From IMG/VR virus record IMGVR_UViG_3300037760_000064, positions 1 through 49,461 of that record: 49,461 bases of DNA; one strand, written 5' to 3'. The position numbers were made by a program, and so were the translations under genes. The DNA is from a virus (lineage: Duplodnaviria; Caudoviricetes). Below the pieces are notes generated by a model. It was not told where the DNA came from, did no database searches, and saw nothing but the letters and a program-made list of their open reading frames with translations. How positions within the stretch are numbered: the first letter of the stretch is position 1; each line of letters opens with the position of its first letter. Below are positions 33,568 through 43,183 of the stretch, one piece after another.

Positions 33568-33647
33568 GGGCACACGATGTCGTAGCGGGCCATCGCCTTG
33601 CGGGGGCTCTTCTCCCCTACCCAGAGGGCACCTGGCATTCTGGCCAT
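33564..33647 (-). pseudogene. Truncated first copy of the endolysin 5' end (27 aa)
   Basis: MARMPGALWVGEKSPRKAMARYDIVCP*, aligning with MARMPQAIWLGEHSPKTPIQRYDVVCVH. Confidence 0.8.
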
Positions 33648-33648
33648 G

Positions 33649-34488
33649 TCAGACGTTCCTCATCGCTTGCCAGCCGAGGGCGTCGACGGTGGCGGTGAAT
33701 GGTAGGCCGTTGGCGGGCTGTTTCAGGGTGATCCCGACGCTGTTGGCGGTCATGAAACGGATCGTCACGTCGATGACACCGGCGTCGGCGTCCGGGTCGT
33801 GGCGGGTGAATGTCATGGTGGTCGGGGTCCAGCCCAGGCCGTGTGTCAGGTTCGCCTGCCCCGACCCGGCCGGGGTGAATGGGCCGAACACGCCGCACCC
33901 GAATTCCTTGCCGCGGCCGTGCGCGATCTCGGTGTACACCCCGTTGATCGGCACCCGCAGCGACCGGTTGGTGCCGGCCGTGTAAAACACAAGCGCCCCG
34001 CGGGACGGGTCCGGGAACGCCGCGAGATCTGACGTGCGGAACACGTTCACCGCGGGCGGCGTGCGGGCGTTCTGCACATCGCCGCCGGCGAACGCCCCCT
34101 GACCTGGAGCCACAGTCAGCTGCGCCAGAGCGAGCTCCCACAACACACCGGCGGTTTTCGTCAGCGACGGCGGCGACGGGCTCGATGACGGCGTGCCCTG
34201 CTTCACCACCAGCTCGAGAGCGGACGACGACCAGGTGGCCCGCAGGATCACACTGTCGATCCGCGTGTTGCTGGCGCCGTTGGGGGCGGCCTGGAGTGTC
34301 ACCGCGTCGTCGTTCGTCGCCAGTACGCCGCCCACATTCGACGACCCCGCCGACACTGACACGGTGCGATCCCCGGCCACCGCCAATACCACCATGCCGG
34401 TGGTGCCCTCATAGCCCAACAGCGACAGGATCTGGGACCATTCAACGTCGTTGACCTGCCCAGGGAACCCGGCGGCGGTCACAGTCAT
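33649..34488 (-). CDS. Minor tail protein
   Basis: V.V.AG.....G......NTRIDSVILR.W......VKQGTP...P.PP.L.....WELALA. Confidence 0.8.
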   Translation of the reverse strand: MTVTAAGFPGQVNDVEWSQILSLLGYEGTTGMVVLAVAGDRTVSVSAGSSNVGGVLATNDDAVTLQAAPNGASNTRIDSVILRATWSSSALELVVKQGTPSSSPSPPSLTKTAGVLWELALAQLTVAPGQGAFAGGDVQNARTPPAVNVFRTSDLAAFPDPSRGALVFYTAGTNRSLRVPINGVYTEIAHGRGKEFGCGVFGPFTPAGSGQANLTHGLGWTPTTMTFTRHDPDADAGVIDVTIRFMTANSVGITLKQPANGLPFTATVDALGWQAMRNV

Positions 34489-35693
34489 CGGCGTGCCTCC
34501 AACTCAGCTATCCGCCGCGTCGCGGCTCGAAGGTTCTTGGCCAGGCGGGTGGTTGGGTCCAGGTCCTCGGTGTCACCGATCCGCACCTGGCAGCGCTCAC
34601 CCTCGGCGGACCAGGTGGTGGTCATCTCCTCGATCAGGTCATCCACCAGACCCACCGGCTGCCCGTCAGCGTCCTGGTCGATGTAGGCGCGCACCAGATC
34701 CCCCGGCGAGAAGTCCACATAGGCGCGCATCCCAGGCAGGTCGGTGGCGGTGAACGCGAACGCCGCTGTCGACGCCGCCTCAGTGAGGAACTCGTCCCCG
34801 GACGCGTCGGCGTCCGTCTGCCAGTCTGGCTCGTCCAGTGACAGGTCGCGGCGGTCCTGGAAGCGTTCGATTTTGCGCACGTTGCCCAGCGCAGACTCCT
34901 CGGCCGACCGGGTGCGTAGCCGGAACCCGCGCGCCTCACCCTCACCGCCGGCGCCCACCACCACACGAGTGGCCCCGGCCGGAGTGATCGTGTACGACCA
35001 GTCAGACAGGGACCCCAACGCTGGGGAGAACTGCACCACCAGTCGCTTATCCACCGGCAACCACTGGAACAGAAACAGCATCCGGTCGCCGTCGCGCTGC
35101 CTCACGATGAAGTTCAAATCCCGCCCGGCGATATCCTGCGCCAACGCCAACAACCCGGTGAACCGGGCCTGCGACGTGCCCGAGGGTCCCAACCCTGGCG
35201 GGGTCAATCCGGCGGCCACACCCGGGATCCCCAACCGATTCTGCACGTTCGAGACGAAGAAGTTGCGGATCCGGTCCGACGCCGGGCCGGACACAATGTT
35301 GTACGCATCCGTCTGTGACCCGATCGGCGACGCCGGCCGCGGCCAGCAGGTCGTGTCCGCCAACACCACCGTGTCGTCCCAGCCGCTGAACGTCCACGTG
35401 GTCACCCCGGCTCGGTGCTCCAACTGCGGCAGGCCCTCCACCCACCCGGACGTGAACGTGATCGGCGTGCCAACGCCATCGTCGCGGCGCAAGATCACAC
35501 CCCGCGGCGCCGTCACCGCCCCTGAAGCATCGACCGGCGGGGACAACAGCTGCGCATCCTGCGGCGATGACGTGACCAGCGTCCACCGGCCGACGTCATT
35601 ACGCCGCCCCACCACCGTCAGCTGAGACCACCCGGTGACCATGCCTATCGTCTGCCGATCCGCCTGCCGCACATACACCTCGGGAGCAGCCAC
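34485..35693 (-). CDS. Minor tail (baseplate hub, ReqiPepy6 gp37-like) protein
   Basis: RRNDVGRWTL...T.VVVGAGGEGEAR...ERFQDRRD...DF..GD.V; follows Dit. Confidence 0.82.
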   Translation of the reverse strand: MAAPEVYVRQADRQTIGMVTGWSQLTVVGRRNDVGRWTLVTSSPQDAQLLSPPVDASGAVTAPRGVILRRDDGVGTPITFTSGWVEGLPQLEHRAGVTTWTFSGWDDTVVLADTTCWPRPASPIGSQTDAYNIVSGPASDRIRNFFVSNVQNRLGIPGVAAGLTPPGLGPSGTSQARFTGLLALAQDIAGRDLNFIVRQRDGDRMLFLFQWLPVDKRLVVQFSPALGSLSDWSYTITPAGATRVVVGAGGEGEARGFRLRTRSAEESALGNVRKIERFQDRRDLSLDEPDWQTDADASGDEFLTEAASTAAFAFTATDLPGMRAYVDFSPGDLVRAYIDQDADGQPVGLVDDLIEEMTTTWSAEGERCQVRIGDTEDLDPTTRLAKNLRAATRRIAELEARR

Positions 35694-35743
35694 ACGCACC
35701 CCCGATGAACAGGTCACAGAACGACGAGCAGGGGCGACGTGTG

Positions 35744-36703
35744 TCAGACGCTCAGATACCGCGGCCGGTAGATCAGCGCAATCAGCGACGTGGACGCCGT
35801 GCCAGCAGCCGTCACCGTCACCCTGTTCAAGCCCGACCGCAGCGGCCACATCACCGGGAACTGGCCCGCTACCGGCTCCCACACATTCGCCCCGGTCTCA
35901 CGGGTGATCCGCTGTGTCGGCAGGGTCCGCGGGTCGGTGCGCACCGTCAGCGCCTGACCCGCCGCCAAGCTAGGTGTCAGTTGCAGGGTGCGGCCAGTGT
36001 CACGGTTACGCAGCGTCGCCGTAAACATCGGGCCATGCAGCGCCCACACCGGCCACACCTCGACCTCGACCTCGCCGTCGATCAGCACATCCGAATCGCC
36101 GGTCGTGGTCGACGAGGAGATGGTGAACGGCAACGGATGCAAGTCCCCACCCACCGGGGGCGTGAACTTGATGGTCTGTTCGTCGCCGTACCAGTAGGGG
36201 TCGTGTGCCCGGAGGATGATCTGGTATTCGGTGTGTCGTAGCGCGCCGCGGTGCCCGAGCACGGAGGATTCCAGCCCGCGCGAATAGAGAGCGGTGAGTG
36301 TTCGGCGGGTGCCGTCCAGGAGCGCCCAGAGCAGGGTTCCTGGTCCGCGGCGCCGGTCGAATGCGGCCAGGAGTTCGCGTCGCTGGTGTTCCGACTCGTC
36401 GAGTGAGGCCGCTCGCGTCAGCCGGACTGGGATCATCACCTCGCGCACTCCGGCGCGGGCGTGGTTCAGGATCGCCCCGTCGCCGACGGCGAGGCTGGTT
36501 TCATGCTGCTCTTCCGGTGGCATGTCCAGGCCGTGGATGCCGCGTTGGGCGACCACCGGCCCGGTCTGTTCGCCCAGAATCAGCTCGGGTCCCCCGGCGG
36601 GGGTCCATGACAGGTACGGCGACTCGACGATGCGCGGTGGCCGGGGAACGAAGCCGTCACCTGGGGCCGGTGCAGGTGGGGCTAGGAGCGCGCGAAGCGG
36701 CAT
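35744..36703 (-). CDS. Distal tail protein (Dit)
   Basis: GLDMPP.......GDGA......REVMIP...L.AHDPYWYG...WP.W...GP...L..G.N; immediately after the TMP. Confidence 0.85.
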   Translation of the reverse strand: MPLRALLAPPAPAPGDGFVPRPPRIVESPYLSWTPAGGPELILGEQTGPVVAQRGIHGLDMPPEEQHETSLAVGDGAILNHARAGVREVMIPVRLTRAASLDESEHQRRELLAAFDRRRGPGTLLWALLDGTRRTLTALYSRGLESSVLGHRGALRHTEYQIILRAHDPYWYGDEQTIKFTPPVGGDLHPLPFTISSSTTTGDSDVLIDGEVEVEVWPVWALHGPMFTATLRNRDTGRTLQLTPSLAAGQALTVRTDPRTLPTQRITRETGANVWEPVAGQFPVMWPLRSGLNRVTVTAAGTASTSLIALIYRPRYLSV

Positions 36704-39700
36704 CTACACCATCACCCTTCGCTGGGCGTCCGCTGCGTAGGTCAGCTCGCGACGGACAGTGGCGACCATCTCGTTCTGCGGAGCGACCACGGTGAGCGAA
36801 ATGTCAGCTGAGCCAAGCGCCCCGGCGGTCATGGTCGGGCCGACAGGGCCACCGGAGGCGAGTTGGTTGACCCGCGGGATTTGCATCTGGTTGATCGCGT
36901 GCATGAATTCGGTGCCGTAGTAGTCGTGGGCGGCCTTGCGCAGCATGAATTCGCCGTTGCTGGCCCAGATTGGGACGTGGTCGGAGGTTCCGGTTCCGGG
37001 GCCTTCGATGACACCGCCCCTGCCGAAGCGCATGTAGTTGCGCGGGTTCAGGACCCTGCCGCCTTGGCGGATCTCGAAGTGCAGATGCGGGCCGGTGGAG
37101 TTGCCGGTCGAGCCGACTGCGCCGATCCTGGCCCTGGCCGGGACGATTTGCCCGCTGCTCACATTGCGAGCGGACAGGTGGGCGTAGCGGGTTTGGAGAC
37201 CACCGGAATGGTCGATGTAGACGTGGTTGCCATAGGAGCCGCGCATGGTCATCGCACGACTCACCCGCCCAGCGCGGGCCGCGAAAACCGGGGTTCCGGT
37301 ACGGGCCGGCAGATCCTGGCCGGTGTGCCCGGGGTAGGACCCGACACCGCCGCCCCTGCGGTACGTGCCAGGGTTCAGCGGGGTCACCCAGCCACCGGAC
37401 GCCGCCCCACCACCAGAGCCACCACCGCCGCCGAAGAAGCTCGGCAAAAACGCCTGGAGCTTAGCTTTGATGGTGACTTCGATGTCGCGGACGTACTGCT
37501 TGAGCTTGAGGTTCGCCGCGGACGTGTCGACGGTGACCTTGGTGCCCTTGTGAGTGGGGACCTTCTCGTCTAATAGATGCCCGTAGTCGGTGAGGATCTG
37601 CTCCCACGTGACCTTGCCGGTGGCCAGTGCTGCGCTCAGCTTGTCAGCGGTTTCTTGCCCTTGGGTTCTGGCGATGGCCTGCCACAGCGGACCCGCCTCA
37701 GACAGCCTGAGGGCGAAGCCCTGTCCCGCTTCGGCGCCTCGGACGCCGAACGCTGCCTCCATGCGGGCGAGCTCAGCGTCGGTGCCGTTGGCTAGCTGCT
37801 CCACAAGATGAGCGCCCTCGGGGCCGAGCTCGGCCAGATGAGCCAACAGCCCAGCGCTGGCCCGACCGGCCAGGATGACCATGTTAATCTGCCAGTCCTG
37901 CTGCGCCTTGACCTGCTCCTCTAGAAGATCCAGGTACTCATCCAGCGTCAGTGTGACGTCGGTCGCGTAGTCCTCCCACGAGTCCGATGCGTCCTTAGTG
38001 GCATCGGCGGTGGCTTGGGCTGTGATTTGCTCCGCTTCTTCCTTGTCGGCAAGCCCCTGAGAGTAGGTCCCAAGAATGTCGACGAACTCGCCTGACGCCT
38101 CGGCCCACGAGTCGAGCATGTCCTGCGCGGCCTTCTCGGCATCATCGCCGGTCAGGCCGAAACGGACCGCAAGATCGGCCAGCGCATTGTCCAGCGGCTC
38201 GGCTGATTCGGCGGCGAGCTGGTTGTCGTTAGCAACCTGCTTGAGCGAGTCCTGGTAGCCGGGTAAACCCTTAATGAACGCGTCGGCCTCGTCGCCGGTG
38301 TGACCCAGCGCGTTGGCCATCACGATCGCCGATTCGGCAGCCTGGTCGATATGACCCGACTGGACCATGCTCGCTAGAGCGTTATCGAACGCCTCGATAG
38401 TCTCGTTGAACTCCTTCGCGTCCCTGCTCGCTTCAACGTTCGCGACACCAAACCCGGCGATACCAGCAACGGCATGGTCGAACCAGTTCCGATCACCGAG
38501 CTCCTGGATTTCGGTGGCCTGGCGGATGAGCTGGTCCAGAGCGACCCGCTTGGACGCGTCGTCAAAGTTGAGCAACGCCTGCGTCGCGTCGCCGACGCTT
38601 GGGGCAGCTTCCCTAGTCGCCTCCAGCAGGGCGTGCACGCCAGCGGCGACCGCGCCGAACATCGTCAGCTTGGCCGCCGCCGAGCCCAGGGTCATCAGCC
38701 CACCGGCGAGTACCGGAGAGGTGCGCGCCAAGCTGAGCATGAGGGTGTGCGCGGCCGCCAGCCGGGGGGCGAGCAGCAGGAACCCGCCGCCGAGCAGCGC
38801 CACGGTGCCGAGCAGTGTGCCGAGGACCGTAGCGGCGGTCTTGATCGGGCCTGGCAGGTCGGCGAAGAACCGCAGCAGGTCGGTGCCCGTCTCAACCACT
38901 GTGACCAGGGCGGGCAGCAGCACGCCACCGATGTCGATGGCCAGGTCGACGAGAGCGTTCTTGGCGAGTTGGATCTTCGCCTCGGATGTTTCGTAGCGCC
39001 GCTCGGCTTCCTCCACCAGGGCCGTGTTCTCGTCCCACGCCTGGTTGGCCATGCCGATCTGCTCACCGAGCAGGCTGCCTGCGGATGCCGTCGACAGCAG
39101 TGCACGCATAAGCCGTTGATCAGCCAGGCCAAGCTCATCGAAAACCGCACTCGTGGACTGTCCGGATTGCTGCATCCGACCCAGGCCCTCAACGAATGCG
39201 GCAATCGCATCCGCTCCATCCGTGCGAAACCTGGAGGAAAACTCGTCAACCGTGACGCCCGCTACCCGGGCAAAAACGTCAAGGTCATCGTTACCGTCCC
39301 GCACGGCATCACCGATCGCGGTGAACACCTTGGACAGGGCGGTTCCACCGGCCTCGGCCTCAACACCCACCGAGGTGAGGGTCGAAGCGAACGCAAACAC
39401 ATCCGCCTCGGACAGGCCCGCCATTTTTCCGGCCGCGGCGAGGCGGGTGGCCAGAGTGACGATCTCCGCCTCAGTGGTCGCCGAGTTGTTGCCCAGCTCG
39501 ACAATGGTTGAGCCCATCCGGTCCACGTCAGACGTAGCGGTGCCCATGATGTTCGCCATCCGGGCCAGCGCCGTGGCGGCCTCGGCGGCGGACAGGTTGG
39601 TCGTCTCGCCGAGGTCGATCATGACCTCGGTGAACGCCGCGACGTCGTTGACGCCGACGCCGAGCTGGCCGGCCGCTTCCGCCACACCAGCGATCTCGGC

Positions 39701-40090
39701 ATGCGTGGCCGGCAGCGTCGTGGCGAGATTCCGCAGCTCGGCTTCCAGCGCGGCCATCTCCGCGTCCGAACCCTCAACCGTCTTGCGTACACCGGCCCAG
39801 GCGGATTCCCAGTCGATCGCGGCCTTCGTCGCCAGGCCCAGACCGGCCAGGGTGGCGGCGCCGAACGCGACCAATCCGCGGCCGAGTTTTTCCATGTCGG
39901 CGGCGCGGTTCGCCGCCGCTTGGGCGGCTTCGTCGGCGAGCTGCTTATCCAGGCTCGCCGCGGCCAAGTCAGCCCGGCGGAGCTGGTCCTCCATCCGCAT
40001 CGTGGACCGACGGACGCGTTCGAGACCCGCTTCGAACTTCGCGGTCTCGGCGTCGATGGTGACTTTCAGATCACGGGTCGCCACCGTCAT
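36704..40090 (-). CDS. Tape measure protein (TP901-like) with C-terminal M23 peptidase domain
   Basis: 1128 aa, helical; WESAWAGVRKTV, LGNN.ATTE.EI, EAGGTA; HTGQD...YAHLS...GSTGNSTGPHLHFE. Confidence 0.95.
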   Translation of the reverse strand: MTVATRDLKVTIDAETAKFEAGLERVRRSTMRMEDQLRRADLAAASLDKQLADEAAQAAANRAADMEKLGRGLVAFGAATLAGLGLATKAAIDWESAWAGVRKTVEGSDAEMAALEAELRNLATTLPATHAEIAGVAEAAGQLGVGVNDVAAFTEVMIDLGETTNLSAAEAATALARMANIMGTATSDVDRMGSTIVELGNNSATTEAEIVTLATRLAAAGKMAGLSEADVFAFASTLTSVGVEAEAGGTALSKVFTAIGDAVRDGNDDLDVFARVAGVTVDEFSSRFRTDGADAIAAFVEGLGRMQQSGQSTSAVFDELGLADQRLMRALLSTASAGSLLGEQIGMANQAWDENTALVEEAERRYETSEAKIQLAKNALVDLAIDIGGVLLPALVTVVETGTDLLRFFADLPGPIKTAATVLGTLLGTVALLGGGFLLLAPRLAAAHTLMLSLARTSPVLAGGLMTLGSAAAKLTMFGAVAAGVHALLEATREAAPSVGDATQALLNFDDASKRVALDQLIRQATEIQELGDRNWFDHAVAGIAGFGVANVEASRDAKEFNETIEAFDNALASMVQSGHIDQAAESAIVMANALGHTGDEADAFIKGLPGYQDSLKQVANDNQLAAESAEPLDNALADLAVRFGLTGDDAEKAAQDMLDSWAEASGEFVDILGTYSQGLADKEEAEQITAQATADATKDASDSWEDYATDVTLTLDEYLDLLEEQVKAQQDWQINMVILAGRASAGLLAHLAELGPEGAHLVEQLANGTDAELARMEAAFGVRGAEAGQGFALRLSEAGPLWQAIARTQGQETADKLSAALATGKVTWEQILTDYGHLLDEKVPTHKGTKVTVDTSAANLKLKQYVRDIEVTIKAKLQAFLPSFFGGGGGSGGGAASGGWVTPLNPGTYRRGGGVGSYPGHTGQDLPARTGTPVFAARAGRVSRAMTMRGSYGNHVYIDHSGGLQTRYAHLSARNVSSGQIVPARARIGAVGSTGNSTGPHLHFEIRQGGRVLNPRNYMRFGRGGVIEGPGTGTSDHVPIWASNGEFMLRKAAHDYYGTEFMHAINQMQIPRVNQLASGGPVGPTMTAGALGSADISLTVVAPQNEMVATVRRELTYAADAQRRVMV

Positions 40091-40409
40091 CGCCGCCCCC
40101 GTTTCTGACCAGTCGGATATGAAGTCCGGGGGTTGATTTGGCGCCCTCGGCGTGGTCTTTGTGTGCTTGGCCGACCGCTAGGCAGCCCAGACACACGTAG
40201 GGTTCGGCCCGGTAGGCGTGCCGGTCTGCCACCCATTCCCAGTCGGCTGTGCCGCATTGCTGGCACGTCCCGTGCTGTTCGGCTTGCCAGCCGAGCGCTT
40301 TGACCTGGTCATCGATCGGCCACGCCAAGAATTCGCTGTGGGGGATGCCGCGGGGGGCGCAGTAGTCCAGCTGGGCACGCAGCAGAGGGTCGTGCCTTAG
40401 CCTTTTGGG
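40071..40409 (-). CDS. Tail assembly chaperone, -1 frameshift extension (gpGT)
   Basis: Slippery C CCA AAA at 40403-40409; the -1 frame reads RLRHDPLLRAQLDYCAPRGIPHSEFLAW... to 40071. Confidence 0.8.
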   Translation of the reverse strand, partial: PKRLRHDPLLRAQLDYCAPRGIPHSEFLAWPIDDQVKALGWQAEQHGTCQQCGTADWEWVADRHAYRAEPYVCLGCLAVGQAHKDHAEGAKSTPGLHIRLVRNGGGDDGGDP

Positions 40410-40921
40410 ATACCGGGTGCTGGTGTCTCGTTGTAGGCGGCGCGAGCCGCCTCACGTATCTGGGTGACCTCACCATCAGACCAGCGTTTCGACTCGTACA
40501 ACTCCGCATCCCACTCGGCGGCCGTCAGGTCCGAGTCGACCACACACGCAGCAAGCAGAGCGCCCGTGTAGCCGCGCGAGTTGAACGGCTGGGCCTGCTC
40601 ACCCTCAGGCGGGTCGGGCACCGTGAACTCGTCGACCAGCGCGTCAACCTCGCCCGGCGCGAGCCCCCTGAACACCAACGTCATTGAGACCTTGGCGTAG
40701 ACAGCTTCGGCTTTCTTCAGCCGGTTCTGCGCCACCGTCAAACTGACCTTCTTACCGCCCGCCCCTTTTGACTGCTCCCGCGCGGCGTACAGGCGTTGCA
40801 GCTCCAAATCTCGGCGGGCCTGCTCGACCTCACGCTTAGCCGCCTCGCCGGTCTCGCCGGTCGGGAAAGTGATCGACGTGGTGTGCGGCTGCTTGGATTT
40901 AAGCTGGTCACGGATCGACAC
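40397..40921 (-). CDS. Tail assembly chaperone (gpG)
   Basis: Between the major tail gene and the TMP; GGAG RBS, GTG start; ends IPKG*. Confidence 0.82.
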   Translation of the reverse strand: MSIRDQLKSKQPHTTSITFPTGETGEAAKREVEQARRDLELQRLYAAREQSKGAGGKKVSLTVAQNRLKKAEAVYAKVSMTLVFRGLAPGEVDALVDEFTVPDPPEGEQAQPFNSRGYTGALLAACVVDSDLTAAEWDAELYESKRWSDGEVTQIREAARAAYNETPAPGIPKG

Positions 40922-40954
40922 GGCGTCTCCACGGATGGTTGCCGGATGGTTGAA

Positions 40955-40995
40955 GCTCCCGGCCGGCCGACCATCCGAGACAGCCGGCCGGGAGC
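40955..40995. terminator. Hairpin after the major tail gene
   Basis: GCTCCCGGCCGGC / GCCGGCCGGGAGC, perfect 13-bp stem. Confidence 0.6.
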
Positions 40996-41007
40996 GCCAA
41001 GGGAGAC

Positions 41008-41511
41008 TCAGGTCTCGGCCGGGAGGGCGATCGGTTTCATGTCCAGTACGCCGAACGCGACGGTGCCCATCGCGCCGCCCGATGTGGCGACCGTCGGCGT
41101 CACGGCGGACACCTCTGCCTTCCACACGTACGCACGCGCCGTCGCGATCAGGCCACGGGGGCAGTCCACGATGAAGCCGTCATCACCAGCCGTGAAGAAG
41201 TCCAGCGCGTCGTCGTCATCACTCGCCTGGTACAGCACCAGGGACGAGTCGTCGAGGCTGGAACCGTCCGGCACTTTGCCGTCGATCTGGCTGGGGATGT
41301 CCTGCAGCTCGGCGTAGCGCGGCGACACGGAGAACCCATTAATCGCCTGGATCGCCGGCGTGAGGTCACGGTTATCGACATCGTTGATTTCCAGTTCGGT
41401 GGGGGTGTAGTCCGTGGCGGCGATGGTGGCGAGCCACAGCATCGTCCGGTTGAATTTGTACCCGTAGCGGACGCTAGGTCCGCCGCCGAGCTCGGTCGGG
41501 GTAAATGCCAT
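41008..41511 (-). CDS. Major tail protein
   Basis: W..TIA....PT..EIN.....LT..I..I.GF......G....DDS.L..Y; AGGAGG RBS. Confidence 0.85.
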   Translation of the reverse strand: MAFTPTELGGGPSVRYGYKFNRTMLWLATIAATDYTPTELEINDVDNRDLTPAIQAINGFSVSPRYAELQDIPSQIDGKVPDGSSLDDSSLVLYQASDDDDALDFFTAGDDGFIVDCPRGLIATARAYVWKAEVSAVTPTVATSGGAMGTVAFGVLDMKPIALPAET

Positions 41512-41514
41512 CGG

Positions 41515-41727
41515 TCAGCCCTCCTGGCTGTCGTTGTCCGGCTCGACAGCCGGCTGAGTTGGGGTGTCGCCCGCCTGCTTGGCGGGACGCTTCTTCGGCA
41601 ACTGCTCGCGCACCTCGGTCCAGCCGAGCGTGAGTAACTGCCGCAGTTGGCCGGGCCGAACGCTCTTCTCGGCGCCGTGCCGATTCCGGACCCGGACGCG
41701 GGCAGGGTTATCCGACGGACCAGGCAT
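41515..41727 (-). CDS. Hypothetical virion-operon protein
   Basis: GGAGG RBS; fills the gap between neck and tail genes. Confidence 0.6.
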   Translation of the reverse strand: MPGPSDNPARVRVRNRHGAEKSVRPGQLRQLLTLGWTEVREQLPKKRPAKQAGDTPTQPAVEPDNDSQEG

Positions 41728-41757
41728 GGATGCCCTCCGTTGAGTTGGTGGGGTGGG

Positions 41758-42165
41758 TTAAAGGCTCTTAATGGCCTCGTCGATGGCGTCGCTGATCTTC
41801 CCAACAACCGCCTGCTCTTTTGCCTTGACCGTCGTGAAAAAGAACGGCCGGCCAGGTGTTTCCACCCAGTTGTCACGGTTGCCGAACACTGGGTGGCGGA
41901 CCATGGTGCCGCGGTTGGGGAACTCCAAGACGCGGGCGTGCGGAGCCTTGGCCCGGTTCACCCGGATACGGACACCGAAACCGACCTGCATCTCAACCGC
42001 GCCAGGAATCCGTGACGACCACGACGCGGCACCACGGACCGCTCTAGTCAGCTCTGCCCCGGCTTCACGGATCTTCCCGCGCAACTCTCGCCGGGCCGTG
42101 GGCGCGACATCCTTGAGCCGGTCGGCGAAAAGACGAACCTCGGTATGCTGAACTCGGACGGTCAC
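41758..42165 (-). CDS. HK97 gp10-like neck/tail completion protein
   Basis: APHARVLEF....RHPVFGNRDNWV...GRPFF. Confidence 0.75.
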   Translation of the reverse strand: MTVRVQHTEVRLFADRLKDVAPTARRELRGKIREAGAELTRAVRGAASWSSRIPGAVEMQVGFGVRIRVNRAKAPHARVLEFPNRGTMVRHPVFGNRDNWVETPGRPFFFTTVKAKEQAVVGKISDAIDEAIKSL

Positions 42166-42614
42166 GCGAAAACCCGAGCCGTGATGGTGAAATCGACCTC
42201 AACGGAGTTGCCCTCGGTGTCAGCGACCTGGAACCAGGCCATCTCTGGCGACATGAACGCCTCCATCGCCAGCCCGTCCAGGCGTACGTTCGCCTCGACC
42301 GCAGCGTTCAGCGCCGCGATGGTCGACTGCGCCGCGGCGCGCTTGCTGGCGAATTCCTCCTCGCCATCCCACACCGCGACCGTCCCTCGAACGGCCACGT
42401 CGAACAGAGACGCATCGATGCCTCCGTCCGTGACCGAACGTAACACCTCCACCACCGGTGTGCTCGGGTTGCCGGCGTGGCCGACCAGCACAGCATGCTT
42501 CTCGACCTCGGCGGAGTAGTCCCGGCCATCCAGCACCTGCACATCGCCGGACAGCGCCGCCGTCGCCACCTCGACTAGTTTCAGCACCAGTGCGTTGACG
42601 TCGACGACGCTCAT
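42162..42614 (-). CDS. Tail terminator-like protein
   Basis: Position; VQVLDG...VLVG...L..AV.AN..L.G.....V.F.I pattern; ATGA coupling. Confidence 0.65.
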   Translation of the reverse strand: MSVVDVNALVLKLVEVATAALSGDVQVLDGRDYSAEVEKHAVLVGHAGNPSTPVVEVLRSVTDGGIDASLFDVAVRGTVAVWDGEEEFASKRAAAQSTIAALNAAVEANVRLDGLAMEAFMSPEMAWFQVADTEGNSVEVDFTITARVFA

Positions 42615-43162
42615 CCGACCGGCACCGACACGAACGGCTGCATCAGATGCGCGGCGCGGTTCGGGATCAGATACCCCGCACCGGCCCACTGTGCACGCGA
42701 CTCGTCGTCCCCACCGCGCAGCTTCGACTTCGGACCCCGCTGCGACTCCCACAGATGCTTACCGATGATGAGAGTGGCCTCCAACAGCGACACCGGCACC
42801 GGGTCACGGCCCGCGTCATACACGGCCATGTACTTGCCCGGCTGAAATCGCGACGACAGGCCCTCAACGATGCCACTCGCCTCGTCCACGTCCAGAGCAG
42901 CAGTCAGATACTCCAGACCGTCCGTGACCCGCGTCAGCGACGTCACCGACCGCACCGGCGTCTTTGTGAGCACGGCGTGACCACATTCCACCTGGACCCG
43001 CTCGTTGAACTGGCGCGCCACCAGCGGACCGATGCCGTGCCAGCCCTCGACCGCCTCGGTCGCGGCCTCCAGCATCCAAACGAGCTCACCGTTGTCGACA
43101 TCGCCAGTCTTGTTCAGATGCGCCTTAAACTCGTCCAGGGTTACCGGGGTCGGTGTAGTCAT
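42611..43162 (-). CDS. Head-tail connector/adaptor
   Basis: VTLDEFKAHLN....D..EL...LEAATEAVE...Y.AG...VP..L..A.L.I..HLWESQRG. Confidence 0.85.
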   Translation of the reverse strand: MTTPTPVTLDEFKAHLNKTGDVDNGELVWMLEAATEAVEGWHGIGPLVARQFNERVQVECGHAVLTKTPVRSVTSLTRVTDGLEYLTAALDVDEASGIVEGLSSRFQPGKYMAVYDAGRDPVPVSLLEATLIIGKHLWESQRGPKSKLRGGDDESRAQWAGAGYLIPNRAAHLMQPFVSVPVG

Positions 43163-43183
43163 CGAGCACCTCCCACGGACTGG

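Noticed and set aside
33340-33569. Self-splicing intron or a 230-nt ribosomal hop joining the first lysin start to the amidase
   Set aside because: No group I/II structure is evident. The segment contains a complete second lysin start with a strong RBS, which explains the locus more simply.
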